Positions 23,415 to 33,443 of a stretch of DNA of 42,327 bases are shown in pieces. How positions within the stretch are numbered: position 1 is the first letter of the stretch; the number at the start of each line of letters is the position of its first letter. A program made the position numbers and the translations under genes. Origin of the DNA: an uncultured Candidatus Bathyarchaeia archaeon (GTDB lineage: Archaea > Thermoproteota > Bathyarchaeia > TCS64); assembly GCA_964628765.1 (NCBI GenBank), contig CAZVMT010000002.1:1-42327 (forward strand), read 5' to 3'. Below the pieces are notes generated by a model, which was not told the DNA's origin, searched no databases, and saw only the letters and a list, made by a program, of their open reading frames with translations.

Positions 23415-25367
23415 CTACTCCTTCTCTTCTGCGAAAGGCTCAACTTCGTAACACACCATATAGCCGTGTATTTCAAAATCAAACTTATCACTCATATAAG
23501 GTTTTGGGGTTAATGTTCTTGCCCTTTTGCCGCCGCTGCCTAAACTTACCCGATACCATTTGGTAGTATCAGCGGTTAAAGTCTTTTCGGCTAAACTCCA
23601 ATCAGCGTCATTATCTAACTTATAATAAAATTTAAAGGCTGTTCCTGTTGTGCTTTTTATCTTAACTAATATCGAATACCATTGTTTATAAACTTCAGGT
23701 ATACCCAAATCCAAAGGCTCTATCTGGTCGTATGCTTCAATATCTGAACCAGCGTCATCAAGTCCGCTAAAGATAGAATAGACTTGGCCTATAGTATTGC
23801 TGCCACCTTTTAATTGAAGCCCGTCAGTGCCTCTACTCCAAAGAGAAAAACAGCTAAAGGCAAAGTCATATACCCCGTAAGTTTTATTTTTTAGGTCTAT
23901 CCATATCGTTTCGTTCGGAACGGTAGAACCTGTTTTCGGATAGCATAAAATATATTTGTTATCCCAGTAGATTGCACAGCTTAAATATCTGTAAGCATCT
24001 ACGATATTATCTCTTATATATTTATTCACTGCTTCACTAAATACCCCTGAAGTAGTTCCGTCAAAGTAGTTTATCCCGTTAAAACCAAGATAGACTATCA
24101 AATTATCACAATTTATATAAGACCTTAAAGCAACATTACCTTCGGTTGAATAACTATTTATAAACTCAAAATTATCTTCATCAGTGCCAACCAGTCTTTC
24201 GATACTATCTTCTGTCGCCACAGGAAGAGCGGTTAACTGTTCAAGTAATCCCATTATCTTCTGACTGTTACCTGTCCGTAAACGCCAGAGTGGCGGGAAG
24301 TATTCTACATCACTTATATGTGAAGGATAAAGATAATCCTCAAAAGCTAAATAAAGTTTATTTCTTCGTTTAGTAATTAGATGACAAGTAGTTTCGGGTG
24401 TAGTATGGTTTGTTTCCACTACAGTTTCTAATGAACTATCTGCTATTGTAGATGAGAAAATAGTAGTAGTGTTATCGGCTATTTCACCCTCATAATAATA
24501 AATCGCACCTCCAACGGAAGTGCGATAGATATTCTTTGATACTATTTTAGGGTCAGTCGAATTGGCTACGCCGGTTAAACTTATTGTAGCTAAAGCTGTT
24601 GCTGTTATAGCGTCACTTACAGGTGAGGCGTTGCTTTCATAGCCGTCCTCATCTACCCAAGTGTATACATATTTATAATCTCCTGCACCTAAATATCCCG
24701 AAGTCCCACCGGCTGTTCCTGCACACGCTGTTGCAGGTGGAGTAATACCCATAGTCCTTATAGTTGAAATTTTAATACGGTTAGCTCCTGCATGTAATGT
24801 GCCAGTTATAGTTACTGTACCAGCAGCATTATCCGCTATGACAGTCCAAGTCCCAACTGTGGGGGCAGTATCAACATAGGAAAATGCGTATTGCCCTATT
24901 AAAGCATCAACATCCCAAGTTCCGGCGGTTCTTGTAAATATCGTATCAGATGTTCTTGTTCCTGTAATTGCATCAGAAAGAGTACCTTTAAAAACTCCAT
25001 CAACACCATTAACAAAATAAAAATGATTAAGGAAATCAACAAAATATGTATCAGAGTCAGCAGTTAAACTTGCCTTAATTAAAGTTGCTCCATAAGGTGA
25101 AGTATCTGATTTTACATATATACCTGTGTTCCAAGCTATAAGAAATTCTTTAACCGAAGTGTCTTGTCTATAAAAACGGTGTATACCTACTATTTTATGA
25201 GAATCACCTATTGAAGCACCATAGGTAGAATAGCCTGCACGCTTAACGAGTTGGCCATATTCATTTACCTTTAAGTTATGTAATCCGTCAGGTTTGCGGG
25301 GTAATTGGGATAGTTTAATATCGGAGGGACTTAAATTATCTAAACATTTCCATACTTTTTTTGTCAT
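23415..25367 (-). CDS. large tail structural protein (nozzle / tail tubular B-like by position)
   Basis: 650-aa ORF directly after the adaptor-like gene. The call is by position only. Confidence 0.45.
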   Translation of the reverse strand: MTKKVWKCLDNLSPSDIKLSQLPRKPDGLHNLKVNEYGQLVKRAGYSTYGASIGDSHKIVGIHRFYRQDTSVKEFLIAWNTGIYVKSDTSPYGATLIKASLTADSDTYFVDFLNHFYFVNGVDGVFKGTLSDAITGTRTSDTIFTRTAGTWDVDALIGQYAFSYVDTAPTVGTWTVIADNAAGTVTITGTLHAGANRIKISTIRTMGITPPATACAGTAGGTSGYLGAGDYKYVYTWVDEDGYESNASPVSDAITATALATISLTGVANSTDPKIVSKNIYRTSVGGAIYYYEGEIADNTTTIFSSTIADSSLETVVETNHTTPETTCHLITKRRNKLYLAFEDYLYPSHISDVEYFPPLWRLRTGNSQKIMGLLEQLTALPVATEDSIERLVGTDEDNFEFINSYSTEGNVALRSYINCDNLIVYLGFNGINYFDGTTSGVFSEAVNKYIRDNIVDAYRYLSCAIYWDNKYILCYPKTGSTVPNETIWIDLKNKTYGVYDFAFSCFSLWSRGTDGLQLKGGSNTIGQVYSIFSGLDDAGSDIEAYDQIEPLDLGIPEVYKQWYSILVKIKSTTGTAFKFYYKLDNDADWSLAEKTLTADTTKWYRVSLGSGGKRARTLTPKPYMSDKFDFEIHGYMVCYEVEPFAEEKE

Positions 25368-25378
25368 TTAATCAACTC

Positions 25379-26071
25379 CTAATCGAATACATCAGTTCGC
25401 CCATATCTAATAGCGTGACTATGTCCTCTTGCCCGGTAGCCGGGGATGATCATTGCTCCCTGGTTTTTGTTGCCGTTTAGTATTGCGTTAATGTTATATA
25501 TTCCCCTCAAAAACTCTGCCATTTTACCCTGATACTTGTCTATCTCATTTTTCTTGTACCAGCACTGTGCAACTGCATAATCCCTCATATACCGCCTAAA
25601 AGCTATAGTTCTATAATCACCTGATAGAGGCACGGTAGACCCTGATAACTCGGTAGCCCTCTCTATCCCGTAATATTCAACAACTGCACCGGCGGAAGGT
25701 ATAGGGTAAAACCCTATCATGTCGCTACGGAAGTAAAAGCGTGTCGGCGTTCCTGTGGTTTCCCGCCAATTCCCGGCGTGTTCATTTAGGGCATTCAGGC
25801 TTATCTGTTCTAATGGCTTATCATCATAGACAATACCGCCGTCATCGAGAGCAACGAAATCAGAATACATTCGTATCTCCCGGCTATTAACTATATCGGC
25901 AGCAATTAGGGTGTGTTTATAATATTTAGACAGGCATTTAGTTTCAGTCCCGATAATCTCCTGCCCTTCATTCGCCCAACGGGTTATCTCTACATCCGTC
26001 CAGAATGAGGCAGTAGTTTCGTTAACTAAAGACCTGACATCTGTAATAATTTCAGCTATGGTTGCTAACAT
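25379..26071 (-). CDS. head-tail adaptor / tail tubular A-like protein (by position)
   Basis: 230-aa ORF with N-terminus IITDVRSLVNETTASFWTDVEITRWANEG, similar in style to phage adaptor proteins. Confidence 0.4.
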   Translation of the reverse strand: MLATIAEIITDVRSLVNETTASFWTDVEITRWANEGQEIIGTETKCLSKYYKHTLIAADIVNSREIRMYSDFVALDDGGIVYDDKPLEQISLNALNEHAGNWRETTGTPTRFYFRSDMIGFYPIPSAGAVVEYYGIERATELSGSTVPLSGDYRTIAFRRYMRDYAVAQCWYKKNEIDKYQGKMAEFLRGIYNINAILNGNKNQGAMIIPGYRARGHSHAIRYGRTDVFD

Positions 26072-26086
26072 AACATCACACTCACT

Positions 26087-26269
26087 TTATTTTTTCTTTT
26101 TCATAGGTTGTATATGTACTTGTGGCTTACTGTTTTCTGTATATACATTTGTTTCTAATTTTTTAAGTATCAATAGGGCAACATCGTTTATCTCTCTCTT
26201 TATCTCTGCCTTATCCTTGTCTAACCTCGCATATATATCATCTCGGTATATCGGTATTCGTGTCGGCAT
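26087..26269 (-). CDS. hypothetical protein
   Basis: 60-aa ORF with AAAGGAGGAAATA upstream. Confidence 0.45.
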   Translation of the reverse strand: MPTRIPIYRDDIYARLDKDKAEIKREINDVALLILKKLETNVYTENSKPQVHIQPMKKKK

Positions 26270-26287
26270 TATTTCCTCCTTTAATAT

Positions 26288-26554
26288 TTAATCTTCTATT
26301 TTTTCCATTTGTATAAACCATTTACCATCTTTAGTTTCTATATACAATATTCCATCATCAAAGGTTATGTTTGTCCATTCATATACATAACTCCACTCAG
26401 TAGGAATATCTGCAAAATCTACACAAGATATCAATTCCCCGGATTGCTTCCATCTTAAATCATTAACCAATTCTTTGGTTTCATCACTTAAATTAGCCAT
26501 TCCGATTATAGTTATTAACGATAAAATGACAATTATTATTAATAGCTTTTTCAT
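26288..26554 (-). CDS. secreted or membrane-anchored small protein
   Basis: N-terminal signal/anchor MKKLLIIIVILSLITIIGMANLS. Confidence 0.5.
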   Translation of the reverse strand: MKKLLIIIVILSLITIIGMANLSDETKELVNDLRWKQSGELISCVDFADIPTEWSYVYEWTNITFDDGILYIETKDGKWFIQMEKIED

Positions 26555-26575
26555 AGTTTCCTCCTTTCTTATTTA

Positions 26576-26848
26576 TTAATCTACAGTCAAAAATACTTCA
26601 CCTGCTGTCCAATCTACATAACATCCTGCAGCAAACTTAATACCACAAGCCGGTATTTTTGCGTCATCACTTAATATGGTTGTGGTAACAGCAAGAGCTA
26701 TCCTCTTTTTAGCATCGGTTACAGAACTATCCGCTTCATCATAGATATTACAAGTAGTAGCCCCTGTATGGACTAATCTTGCACCGTATATGGTAATCGG
26801 CACATCATAAGCTAACTGTGTATCGGCTGCAATTCTTATAATTTGCAT
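26576..26848 (-). CDS. head/neck-associated hypothetical protein
   Basis: 90-aa ORF in the head module. Confidence 0.5.
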   Translation of the reverse strand: MQIIRIAADTQLAYDVPITIYGARLVHTGATTCNIYDEADSSVTDAKKRIALAVTTTILSDDAKIPACGIKFAAGCYVDWTAGEVFLTVD

Positions 26849-26863
26849 AACATCATCTCCTTT

Positions 26864-27259
26864 TTATTCTTTTATTAATCTACCTAATTGATATAAGATA
26901 TCGGGTGTAATGGTTTCGCCAAATACTTCCTTTGTTGCTTTAAGTGGCTCAAAGGGTATTTCTATTTCTCTCTGGGTTAACTTGTCCCATTGCACACCCA
27001 TCGCAATACGGTTATCTTTGGTAAGGTCATAAGCACTCTTACCCTTCTTATCTGTTTTGTATAAAGGCTTACCGTCTTTATCTTTCTTGGCATACTTCAC
27101 GGCTAATCTGTTTCTTTCTTTTTCAACTTCTTGTAGCTCTTTTACGAAGTTAACTATTAATCGGCTAAATAAACTTGCTGTTGGTGGGGGTAATTCCCTC
27201 ATCATAATGGCGTTAACCCCTGCATTTAAACCCATAATTTCATTTAAAGTAATTTTCAT
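26864..27259 (-). CDS. head/neck-associated hypothetical protein
   Basis: 131-aa ORF in the head module. Confidence 0.5.
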   Translation of the reverse strand: MKITLNEIMGLNAGVNAIMMRELPPPTASLFSRLIVNFVKELQEVEKERNRLAVKYAKKDKDGKPLYKTDKKGKSAYDLTKDNRIAMGVQWDKLTQREIEIPFEPLKATKEVFGETITPDILYQLGRLIKE

Positions 27260-27333
27260 TTATTATTTTTCCTCCTTTTGGAAATATATATTTGCGGCTG
27301 TTTACAGAGGCACAACCGCAGAAGCCTATTTAG

Positions 27334-27768
27334 TTAAGTTGTAAATGTTATTACATCACTCACAACTATTCTTCCAGTTGGTAAAACTATTGCAAAATAG
27401 AAACTATTCGTTCCTGTATCGGTAAATCTTAAACCTATTTTTCCGTCTGCCTCACTAAGTAGTGTATATTCAGTTTTTGCAGTTACTACTAATATTTCTC
27501 CATCAGTAAGTATGGCTGTTTCTGTTGAAACAGTAGTGGTTTCTTTTGTAGTACCTGCTGATGTTGTGCAACAATAAGCTGGAATATAAGTAGGGGTAGC
27601 TACGTTATTACCCAAATAATCTTTTAATTGAATTGCTACATCTATGGTGTTTGTACCTTCTGCACCAACGGTAATATCTGCGTCTACTGGCATATTATTA
27701 AACCATTTCAGAACATCGTATAGTTCACCTTTACCAAATCCTTCGCCTATATGTTTTGTTATAGTCAT
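27334..27768 (-). CDS. possible capsid decoration / Ig-like protein
   Basis: 144-aa beta-rich ORF immediately after the major capsid gene. Called by position. Confidence 0.4.
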   Translation of the reverse strand: MTITKHIGEGFGKGELYDVLKWFNNMPVDADITVGAEGTNTIDVAIQLKDYLGNNVATPTYIPAYCCTTSAGTTKETTTVSTETAILTDGEILVVTAKTEYTLLSEADGKIGLRFTDTGTNSFYFAIVLPTGRIVVSDVITFTT

Positions 27769-27791
27769 AAAATCTCACTTCCTTTTTTGCG

Positions 27792-27813
27792 GGCAGGGTT
27801 TTTACGCCCTGCC
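27792..27813 (-). terminator. GC-rich hairpin after the major capsid gene (attenuator or mRNA-stabilising hairpin)
   Basis: GGCAGGG-8 nt-CCCTGCC. On the minus strand it is followed by A-rich sequence and the next SD, so it is not a classical terminator. Confidence 0.35.
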
Positions 27814-27845
27814 TATTTGTGTTAATCTGTTATTATGTTATTCTA

Positions 27846-29051
27846 CTATGCGGGAGTCGAAGCTCCACTAAGGATCTGAACACCGAATAAGCCGTTTAAG
27901 ACGACTGCTACAAAATAAGCCTTCCATGATACAAGACTAAATGCGTTAGTAGCATTAGAGGTGTCTTGTGGTCCGGAAACCTTAATTATAAGTTTGTCTT
28001 TTACGCCTGATATCCGAGTACCAGCTATAGCGTGCTTTCCGAATATTGGGGTCTGGTTGATAGTACCAGTTGCAGAATAGATACTGAATCCAGCATCATC
28101 ATTGTCAGCAGTTCCATTACAAATTACAGTGGTAAAGGCTTCGGTATCTTCATACCATCTAACTCCACCCCATTTACCGAGTTCACCGTTCTTAATAGCT
28201 TCGGGGCTTGCATAATGTTGTGCATTTACCCAGGCACCATCTTGCATGAAGTCATAGACTACGAAAGGACTCATAATCCCTACATAGAATTTGCCGTCAT
28301 ACTTTGGTGCTTTATTGTGCTTTAGGATAGCTACAGCTCTTTCTACAGCCGAACCGGTTACAATATTAGTTGCAGCTAATCCGGTAGTAACTACAATACG
28401 GAAATGGTCGCCTGCTGCTGGTGCGTCTTTTAACGCAGGTGAGAAGGTTGCTGTATCAGTTCCAGCTACAAAAGTAGTGACTTCTGCTGCATATCCTGCA
28501 TTTTGTCCATCAGTGAAGATGATTAAGCCATTACACCAATAATGGTCTGCTTGAGTTAAAGCAGCAGCATCAACGACTGTAGTGGTAGTTGCAGAGTCGA
28601 CCTCTCCGGTTACTGCATAGGTGCTTGAATTATCTACCCTTAACGGATAGAAGCCTAAAGACATTGCGAGTCTATACTGGTAATTTATTGATTCACCCAT
28701 GTTTACGCCACAGAGCATAACAGCCCCTTCAGTTACATCATCGTAAGCAGTCAATACTAAAGTATCGGTAAGTCTGATGGTGTTACTGTATTTGGCTGTG
28801 GTTTTCTCGAACTCGAAGGCTTCCATTTCTACATAATCGGGATTGTCTCCTTCTGCGGTTGCAGCGGTTATTTTATCAAGCGGTACATATCGGGTGAAAT
28901 TTACGGTTTGCCCCTGTTTTTGGGGTATATCACGACTATGGTCTGCGAGTTTGTCTGCTACCATTACTGGTTCGGCAAAATCTAACAGCTTCCTGTCGTA
29001 ATATGTTTTCATTAATTGAGTTAAAGTTGAAGTTGTGGTTGCAGTTGACAT
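27846..29051 (-). CDS. major capsid protein (HK97 fold, possibly N4-gp56-like type)
   Basis: 401 aa, directly after the scaffold gene. The N-terminus TLTQLMKTYYDRKLLDFAEP...QGQTVNFTRY resembles MCPs of that family as I recall them. Confidence 0.75.
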   Translation of the reverse strand: MSTATTTSTLTQLMKTYYDRKLLDFAEPVMVADKLADHSRDIPQKQGQTVNFTRYVPLDKITAATAEGDNPDYVEMEAFEFEKTTAKYSNTIRLTDTLVLTAYDDVTEGAVMLCGVNMGESINYQYRLAMSLGFYPLRVDNSSTYAVTGEVDSATTTTVVDAAALTQADHYWCNGLIIFTDGQNAGYAAEVTTFVAGTDTATFSPALKDAPAAGDHFRIVVTTGLAATNIVTGSAVERAVAILKHNKAPKYDGKFYVGIMSPFVVYDFMQDGAWVNAQHYASPEAIKNGELGKWGGVRWYEDTEAFTTVICNGTADNDDAGFSIYSATGTINQTPIFGKHAIAGTRISGVKDKLIIKVSGPQDTSNATNAFSLVSWKAYFVAVVLNGLFGVQILSGASTPA

Positions 29052-29126
29052 ATATAATTCACGTCCTTTTTATTAATATTTTTGTTTTCCCCCGTGAATT
29101 ACAGACTATTTAGTTATTAGTTTATG

Positions 29127-30044
29127 TTAGTCTTTTGGTTTCCCGACTAATCTTTCAAGGTCTGCCATCGGCATATTATTGTAGTCGGTTGATCCACTTG
29201 GAGCAGAACGAACGCCTGTTGGTTCGGTATAAGTCTTGCTTTTCTTCCTGGCCTGTTCTTCTGCTTCTTTTAGTGCTTTCTCTTGAAACTCTTTCTTTTC
29301 TTTCTCAATAGCGGCGTCAAGGTTTTGATCACGGTATATCTTATAGGCTTCTTCATAAGCCTTTATACCGTACTGGTCAAACAGCTTATTCCTGCCGTTT
29401 TCGTTGGTGAACCCTGCTACAATCTTTTCTACTGTCTTACGGTCATAAGGAACACGTTTGTCCTTATTTGCTTCAATTAATCTGCTTATCTCTGTTTCGG
29501 TTGCCTGTCTTGCTTGTACTACTGCGATTGGCTTCATTGCTTTGGAGATGTAGGGCATGAGTGCTTTAGCTGGATCTTCGCTGAAATCATCGTAAAACTT
29601 CTGCTTTTCGGCGTCAGTCATAGCTTTGATTTCATTTTCTACGATATTCCGGGAAGTAGCGTCTATCTGATACTGTTTCATATCAGTATCAAGTTTGTCG
29701 GCTTCTTCCTTATACTTGCGTAGGTTGCCCAGTTCCTCATCTTGCTTGGCGTGCAGTTTGCGTATGTTTAGATAGGCTTTAGACAGTTCTTCGGCTGACT
29801 TCCCTTTCAGGTCGTCAGGTAGTTCTTCGGTTGGTGCTGGTGCTGGTTCGGCAGGAGGTTCGCCCTCCTTTACAGGTTCAGCAGGTTCAACAGGTTTAAC
29901 AGGTGCAGGTTTTCCCTTGGCTAATGCTTCCAGAGCTTCGTCGGAAAGCTGGTCATACGAATCTTCTTTAATTTCATCAGTCCCTACTGCTTGTCCTTCC
30001 GGGGCAGTGTCAGGATTATTGATGTTTTCTATTTCAGATTGCAT
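29127..30044 (-). CDS. scaffolding protein
   Basis: 305 aa, acidic, Pro/Glu-rich N-terminus, long coiled coil. It lies between portal and MCP. Confidence 0.65.
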   Translation of the reverse strand: MQSEIENINNPDTAPEGQAVGTDEIKEDSYDQLSDEALEALAKGKPAPVKPVEPAEPVKEGEPPAEPAPAPTEELPDDLKGKSAEELSKAYLNIRKLHAKQDEELGNLRKYKEEADKLDTDMKQYQIDATSRNIVENEIKAMTDAEKQKFYDDFSEDPAKALMPYISKAMKPIAVVQARQATETEISRLIEANKDKRVPYDRKTVEKIVAGFTNENGRNKLFDQYGIKAYEEAYKIYRDQNLDAAIEKEKKEFQEKALKEAEEQARKKSKTYTEPTGVRSAPSGSTDYNNMPMADLERLVGKPKD

Positions 30045-30065
30045 GATTTAAAATACTCCTTTCGT

Positions 30066-30257
30066 TTAATTGGTTTCTTTTATTTCTTCTACGGTTTCTT
30101 TAGATAATCTTAAATTAAACTCTACTTTCTTTGGGAGACTATTAAAACCGTAATTTAAAAATAATCTCTCTCCACTACAATGTTGTAATATCAAATCACC
30201 ATCGTCACAAGTTATAATTTTTTCACAATTAATATCTCTAATTGTAAATGGCTTCAT
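30066..30257 (-). CDS. hypothetical protein
   Basis: 63-aa ORF. Confidence 0.45.
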   Translation of the reverse strand: MKPFTIRDINCEKIITCDDGDLILQHCSGERLFLNYGFNSLPKKVEFNLRLSKETVEEIKETN

Positions 30258-30268
30258 AATTCCCCCTC

Positions 30269-30520
30269 TTATTTTTTCTTCATCTTCCCTGCCTCATCAC
30301 CTACATTAAGCAACGCATTAATCTCTAATATGAAATCATCTATCGCTTGAACATAGGCTTGAGCATAATATATCTTGCTTATTTCCTTCTCGGTAAGTGC
30401 CTTATCGGTATAATAGGCCTTCTTTATATTAACTATTCTCATTATGTCCTGCCAGCCAGCCGTGTTAAGAGTGGCTCGCAAGCGGTCAGCTTGCTCAATA
30501 GCGGAGTCATAGTTGGTCAT
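30269..30520 (-). CDS. hypothetical protein (start moved to internal ATG)
   Basis: AAGGAAG precedes ATG 30520 (MTNYDSAIEQ...). The longer 30577 start overlaps the upstream gene. Confidence 0.45.
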   Translation of the reverse strand: MTNYDSAIEQADRLRATLNTAGWQDIMRIVNIKKAYYTDKALTEKEISKIYYAQAYVQAIDDFILEINALLNVGDEAGKMKKK

Positions 30521-30533
30521 GGTAAAATCTTCC

Positions 30534-30752
30534 TTATTCTTCGTGAATATAGATATTCTGAACACGTTTTGCTTCATCTAAATTATATTTTGCAATTCTT
30601 AGTTCTTCTAAATCTGATTGGGTTGGATGTTTTTCTTTGGGATTAAATAAATGCTTTTGTTCTAAATAATCAATAAAATCGCTTATTGTATTCTGATTTG
30701 GAATATACCAACATTCCTTTAATTCGTCCCACATATTTTGATATTCATTCAT
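30534..30752 (-). CDS. hypothetical protein
   Basis: 72-aa ORF with AAGGAGGGAAAATAGAA upstream. Confidence 0.5.
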   Translation of the reverse strand: MNEYQNMWDELKECWYIPNQNTISDFIDYLEQKHLFNPKEKHPTQSDLEELRIAKYNLDEAKRVQNIYIHEE

Positions 30753-30774
30753 TTCTATTTTCCCTCCTTTATTT

Positions 30775-30909
30775 TTAATAATCCTTTGTAAGCCATGCCA
30801 AGATTTTCACTAACCCAGCTATTATTATCATGGCGATTAACACAACAACAAATAGTATATAAAAATAACCAACAAGCTTACCTATTGCAATTGTTGCTTC
30901 CCATACCAT
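30775..30909 (-). CDS. 44-aa membrane protein, not in the ORF track
   Basis: MVWEATIAIGKLVGYFYILFVVVLIAMIIIAGLVKILAWLTKDY. AAGGGGGGA lies 6 nt upstream. Confidence 0.5.
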   Translation of the reverse strand: MVWEATIAIGKLVGYFYILFVVVLIAMIIIAGLVKILAWLTKDY

Positions 30910-30936
30910 TTTAAATCCCCCCTTTTAATTTTTTAT

Positions 30937-32859
30937 TTATCTTCCCCCTCTTATTTGTGGTGGTTGTCCCCCTTGATTCGGTGGTGGTCTCATTCCCGCA
31001 GGGTTAGCTAAAAGCGGGGGATTCTTTTCAGCTAACCCCTTTGGCGGGGTGGCGGAAGTGGATTGTTCCGCCGTTTTGGCGGTCTTTTGTGCCTCTTTGC
31101 GTTCCCGTTCTTCTGCTAATCCCGGGATTAATTTCTCTAAATCTCTAAAGTTCATATCTTCACCCACTCGCTTGGCTATCTCTTCTAAATTAAACACTGG
31201 TTGCATTACAGGTTTGCCGTCTTCGCCTATCTGCACGTTGCCCATCGGGTCGGTAGCAGGCTTCACAAATAGCGGTGCAATGTCGGTTAATTTAAGCAGG
31301 TTAGCCATCTCTACCTGATGTTCCTCGAATATACTAACCCCTCTCGGTATAAAGTCAGGGTTGCCGGCCATCTTAATATCAGCCTTTCTAATATCGTTAT
31401 TGCCCTTCTCGGCTATCCACTGCGCACCCTTCTCTTTGCCTAACACCCTATATGCTGCCTCTTTAGAGAAGAATTGCAGGTCATGTTTATATATAATCTC
31501 CAATACTCCTTGATACCACGGTTCTAAACAATGCTTAACGGTATGCTTAATTGGCTCTGCGGCGTTCCCCTGCATCATCTTGGTAGCCCCTAAGGTATCT
31601 GGTAAGCCTTCCTTATTTGGCATGGAAGAGATAACGGGGACTGCCTGTGTGGTTTTCATTATCTTATCTTCTAACATTCCTATAGAATTAATTAGCGGAC
31701 CAAGTGCGGCTGCCTGTGCAGTCAAATTAACAAATACCATTGCCTTACTGACATCTTCTACATTAGCATTGGTAAAGAAGGTTTTTCCCGGATGGGAGAT
31801 TATTATTCCGCCCGATACCCCAGCCATCTTCTGCTGGTTCATTATAGACATCGGGTTAGATATTAAATTAACACAGTCGGACAGCTTATTGTGGGCATTA
31901 GTCAGCTCTTCTGCATAACTCTGTATATCCTCGCCTGTTCCCACACCAAACTGCTCGTTAGGCATTTTGTCTTTGGAAGCGTCAACAAATATATTCCCGC
32001 AGTCATAGGGGTATTCGTCATTTCTGATACAGACTTCACGGTTGGCAATGGTGATTATAGCCCTGACATAATCATCTTCATAGACGTTCACGGTAGACTC
32101 GTCTGATATTTTGCCCTCTAATAGTGATTTCGGCACTTCGCCGTGATATTCCAGTAGTTCAACCCTATCAGTATTGATTTTATTTTCGCCTACGGTATCG
32201 GATGATCCAGGCTGTGAAGTGTCTTTTAGGTCTAATATGCTGTGATAAGTGCCTTGTGTCTCTAACTGTCTCAGATGTGATACAAAGACATCAGGTTTAC
32301 GAATGACAATCCAGCTTTTATTAACATCAATTGCTACCGGGTCAGGGAAGGCGTTAAAGACATCACATACCTCGATATCTATTCCCTCAAATGTAGTCTT
32401 GCCTTTATCAGTCTTTTCTATCCAAGGGACTTTAGCCAGTGAATAGCCATATATCTCAAATTGTTTAATAAAACCTTCTGCCACATTGAATAGTCCGCCC
32501 CTTCCTTTACCTACATTACCTAATTGATAGGCAATAATATTCTTTAAGGCAGGGATCATAGCTTCATCAGATTCTTCTCCTGGCTGAATATCGAAGGAGT
32601 TCTTGAGGTCGGCAGGGAACAGGATATTCATGTAGATAGGTAACTTGGTGCGGACAGCCTCTTTTAGTGATGTAACTACATAATTGGACTGCCAGTCCTC
32701 TTTTTGGTCGGATCGTGTGCCTCTATAATCATTGTAGTATTCTATCCATTGGGCGTGACGACCTGCCATATTGGTCTTACTATAATTGTAGCGGTTCAAG
32801 ACAAATTCTACGAGGGCGTCACCTTTGGTCTTTGCCTTTTCGTCTTTCTTCTTTGTCAA
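30937..32859 (-). CDS. portal protein
   Basis: 640 aa, placed after TerL and before scaffold/MCP, with a Pro/Gly-rich C-terminal tail. Called by size and position. Confidence 0.65.
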   Translation of the reverse strand: MTKKKDEKAKTKGDALVEFVLNRYNYSKTNMAGRHAQWIEYYNDYRGTRSDQKEDWQSNYVVTSLKEAVRTKLPIYMNILFPADLKNSFDIQPGEESDEAMIPALKNIIAYQLGNVGKGRGGLFNVAEGFIKQFEIYGYSLAKVPWIEKTDKGKTTFEGIDIEVCDVFNAFPDPVAIDVNKSWIVIRKPDVFVSHLRQLETQGTYHSILDLKDTSQPGSSDTVGENKINTDRVELLEYHGEVPKSLLEGKISDESTVNVYEDDYVRAIITIANREVCIRNDEYPYDCGNIFVDASKDKMPNEQFGVGTGEDIQSYAEELTNAHNKLSDCVNLISNPMSIMNQQKMAGVSGGIIISHPGKTFFTNANVEDVSKAMVFVNLTAQAAALGPLINSIGMLEDKIMKTTQAVPVISSMPNKEGLPDTLGATKMMQGNAAEPIKHTVKHCLEPWYQGVLEIIYKHDLQFFSKEAAYRVLGKEKGAQWIAEKGNNDIRKADIKMAGNPDFIPRGVSIFEEHQVEMANLLKLTDIAPLFVKPATDPMGNVQIGEDGKPVMQPVFNLEEIAKRVGEDMNFRDLEKLIPGLAEERERKEAQKTAKTAEQSTSATPPKGLAEKNPPLLANPAGMRPPPNQGGQPPQIRGGR

Positions 32860-32897
32860 TGTAAATCATATCCTATCTCCCCCGAGAATTTGTTATT

Positions 32898-33098
32898 CTA
32901 TTCTGGTCTAATCTGTAACGAAAGTTTAAAAACATAATTGGTATGTCTTAAGGCTACATTTTGAAGAGGTTTCGTCATTTCGTCACTCATTCTTTCCCAT
33001 ATATTTATCGCCATATATTTTAGTTCGTCTTTATCGTATTCATTACAGTCAAATTTAAAATTATGTTGGAAAACAATACCTTTTTTATCTATTAACAT
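32898..33098 (-). CDS. hypothetical protein
   Basis: 66-aa ORF preceded by an A9-G8 homopolymer SD region. Confidence 0.45.
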   Translation of the reverse strand: MLIDKKGIVFQHNFKFDCNEYDKDELKYMAINIWERMSDEMTKPLQNVALRHTNYVFKLSLQIRPE

Positions 33099-33117
33099 TT
33101 CTCCCCCCCCTTTTTTT

Positions 33118-33288
33118 TTAATTCCTCGATACCCTTCGGCTATTTGCTATCAGTTCAGCGGACACGTCCATTGCCTGGATAGTTTTGACTTTGATGATAC
33201 AATCTAAATTATTTGCAAAGTCTTCAATAGATTTTGAATGTTTACCAAATATATATTCTTCTAACTCTTTTAATAACTTATTGTACAT
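33118..33288 (-). CDS. hypothetical protein (56 aa), not in the ORF track
   Basis: MYNKLLKELEEYIFGKHSKSIEDFANNLDC... AAGGAGGAAAAT lies upstream. Confidence 0.5.
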   Translation of the reverse strand: MYNKLLKELEEYIFGKHSKSIEDFANNLDCIIKVKTIQAMDVSAELIANSRRVSRN

Positions 33289-33299
33289 ATTTTCCTCCT

Positions 33300-33443
33300 T
33301 TATTTTCCTTTATAATTGGCATATAGTGCCTTCAGATACGCCTTTGCCCTTGCGCGACTCATCGGCTTCTTATTCTTCTTCTTGCCTGTATTCTGGTTAA
33401 CTACATTACATTTGTCGTCTTTGCCTGTTATCTTCCAGGGCAT
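33300..33443 (-). CDS. small basic protein (47 aa), not in the ORF track
   Basis: MPWKITGKDDKCNVVNQNTGKKKNKKPMSRARAKAYLKALYANYKGK. GAGGAGG lies upstream. It resembles a widespread small phage protein type ending ..A..L.ALYAN. Confidence 0.5.
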   Translation of the reverse strand: MPWKITGKDDKCNVVNQNTGKKKNKKPMSRARAKAYLKALYANYKGK

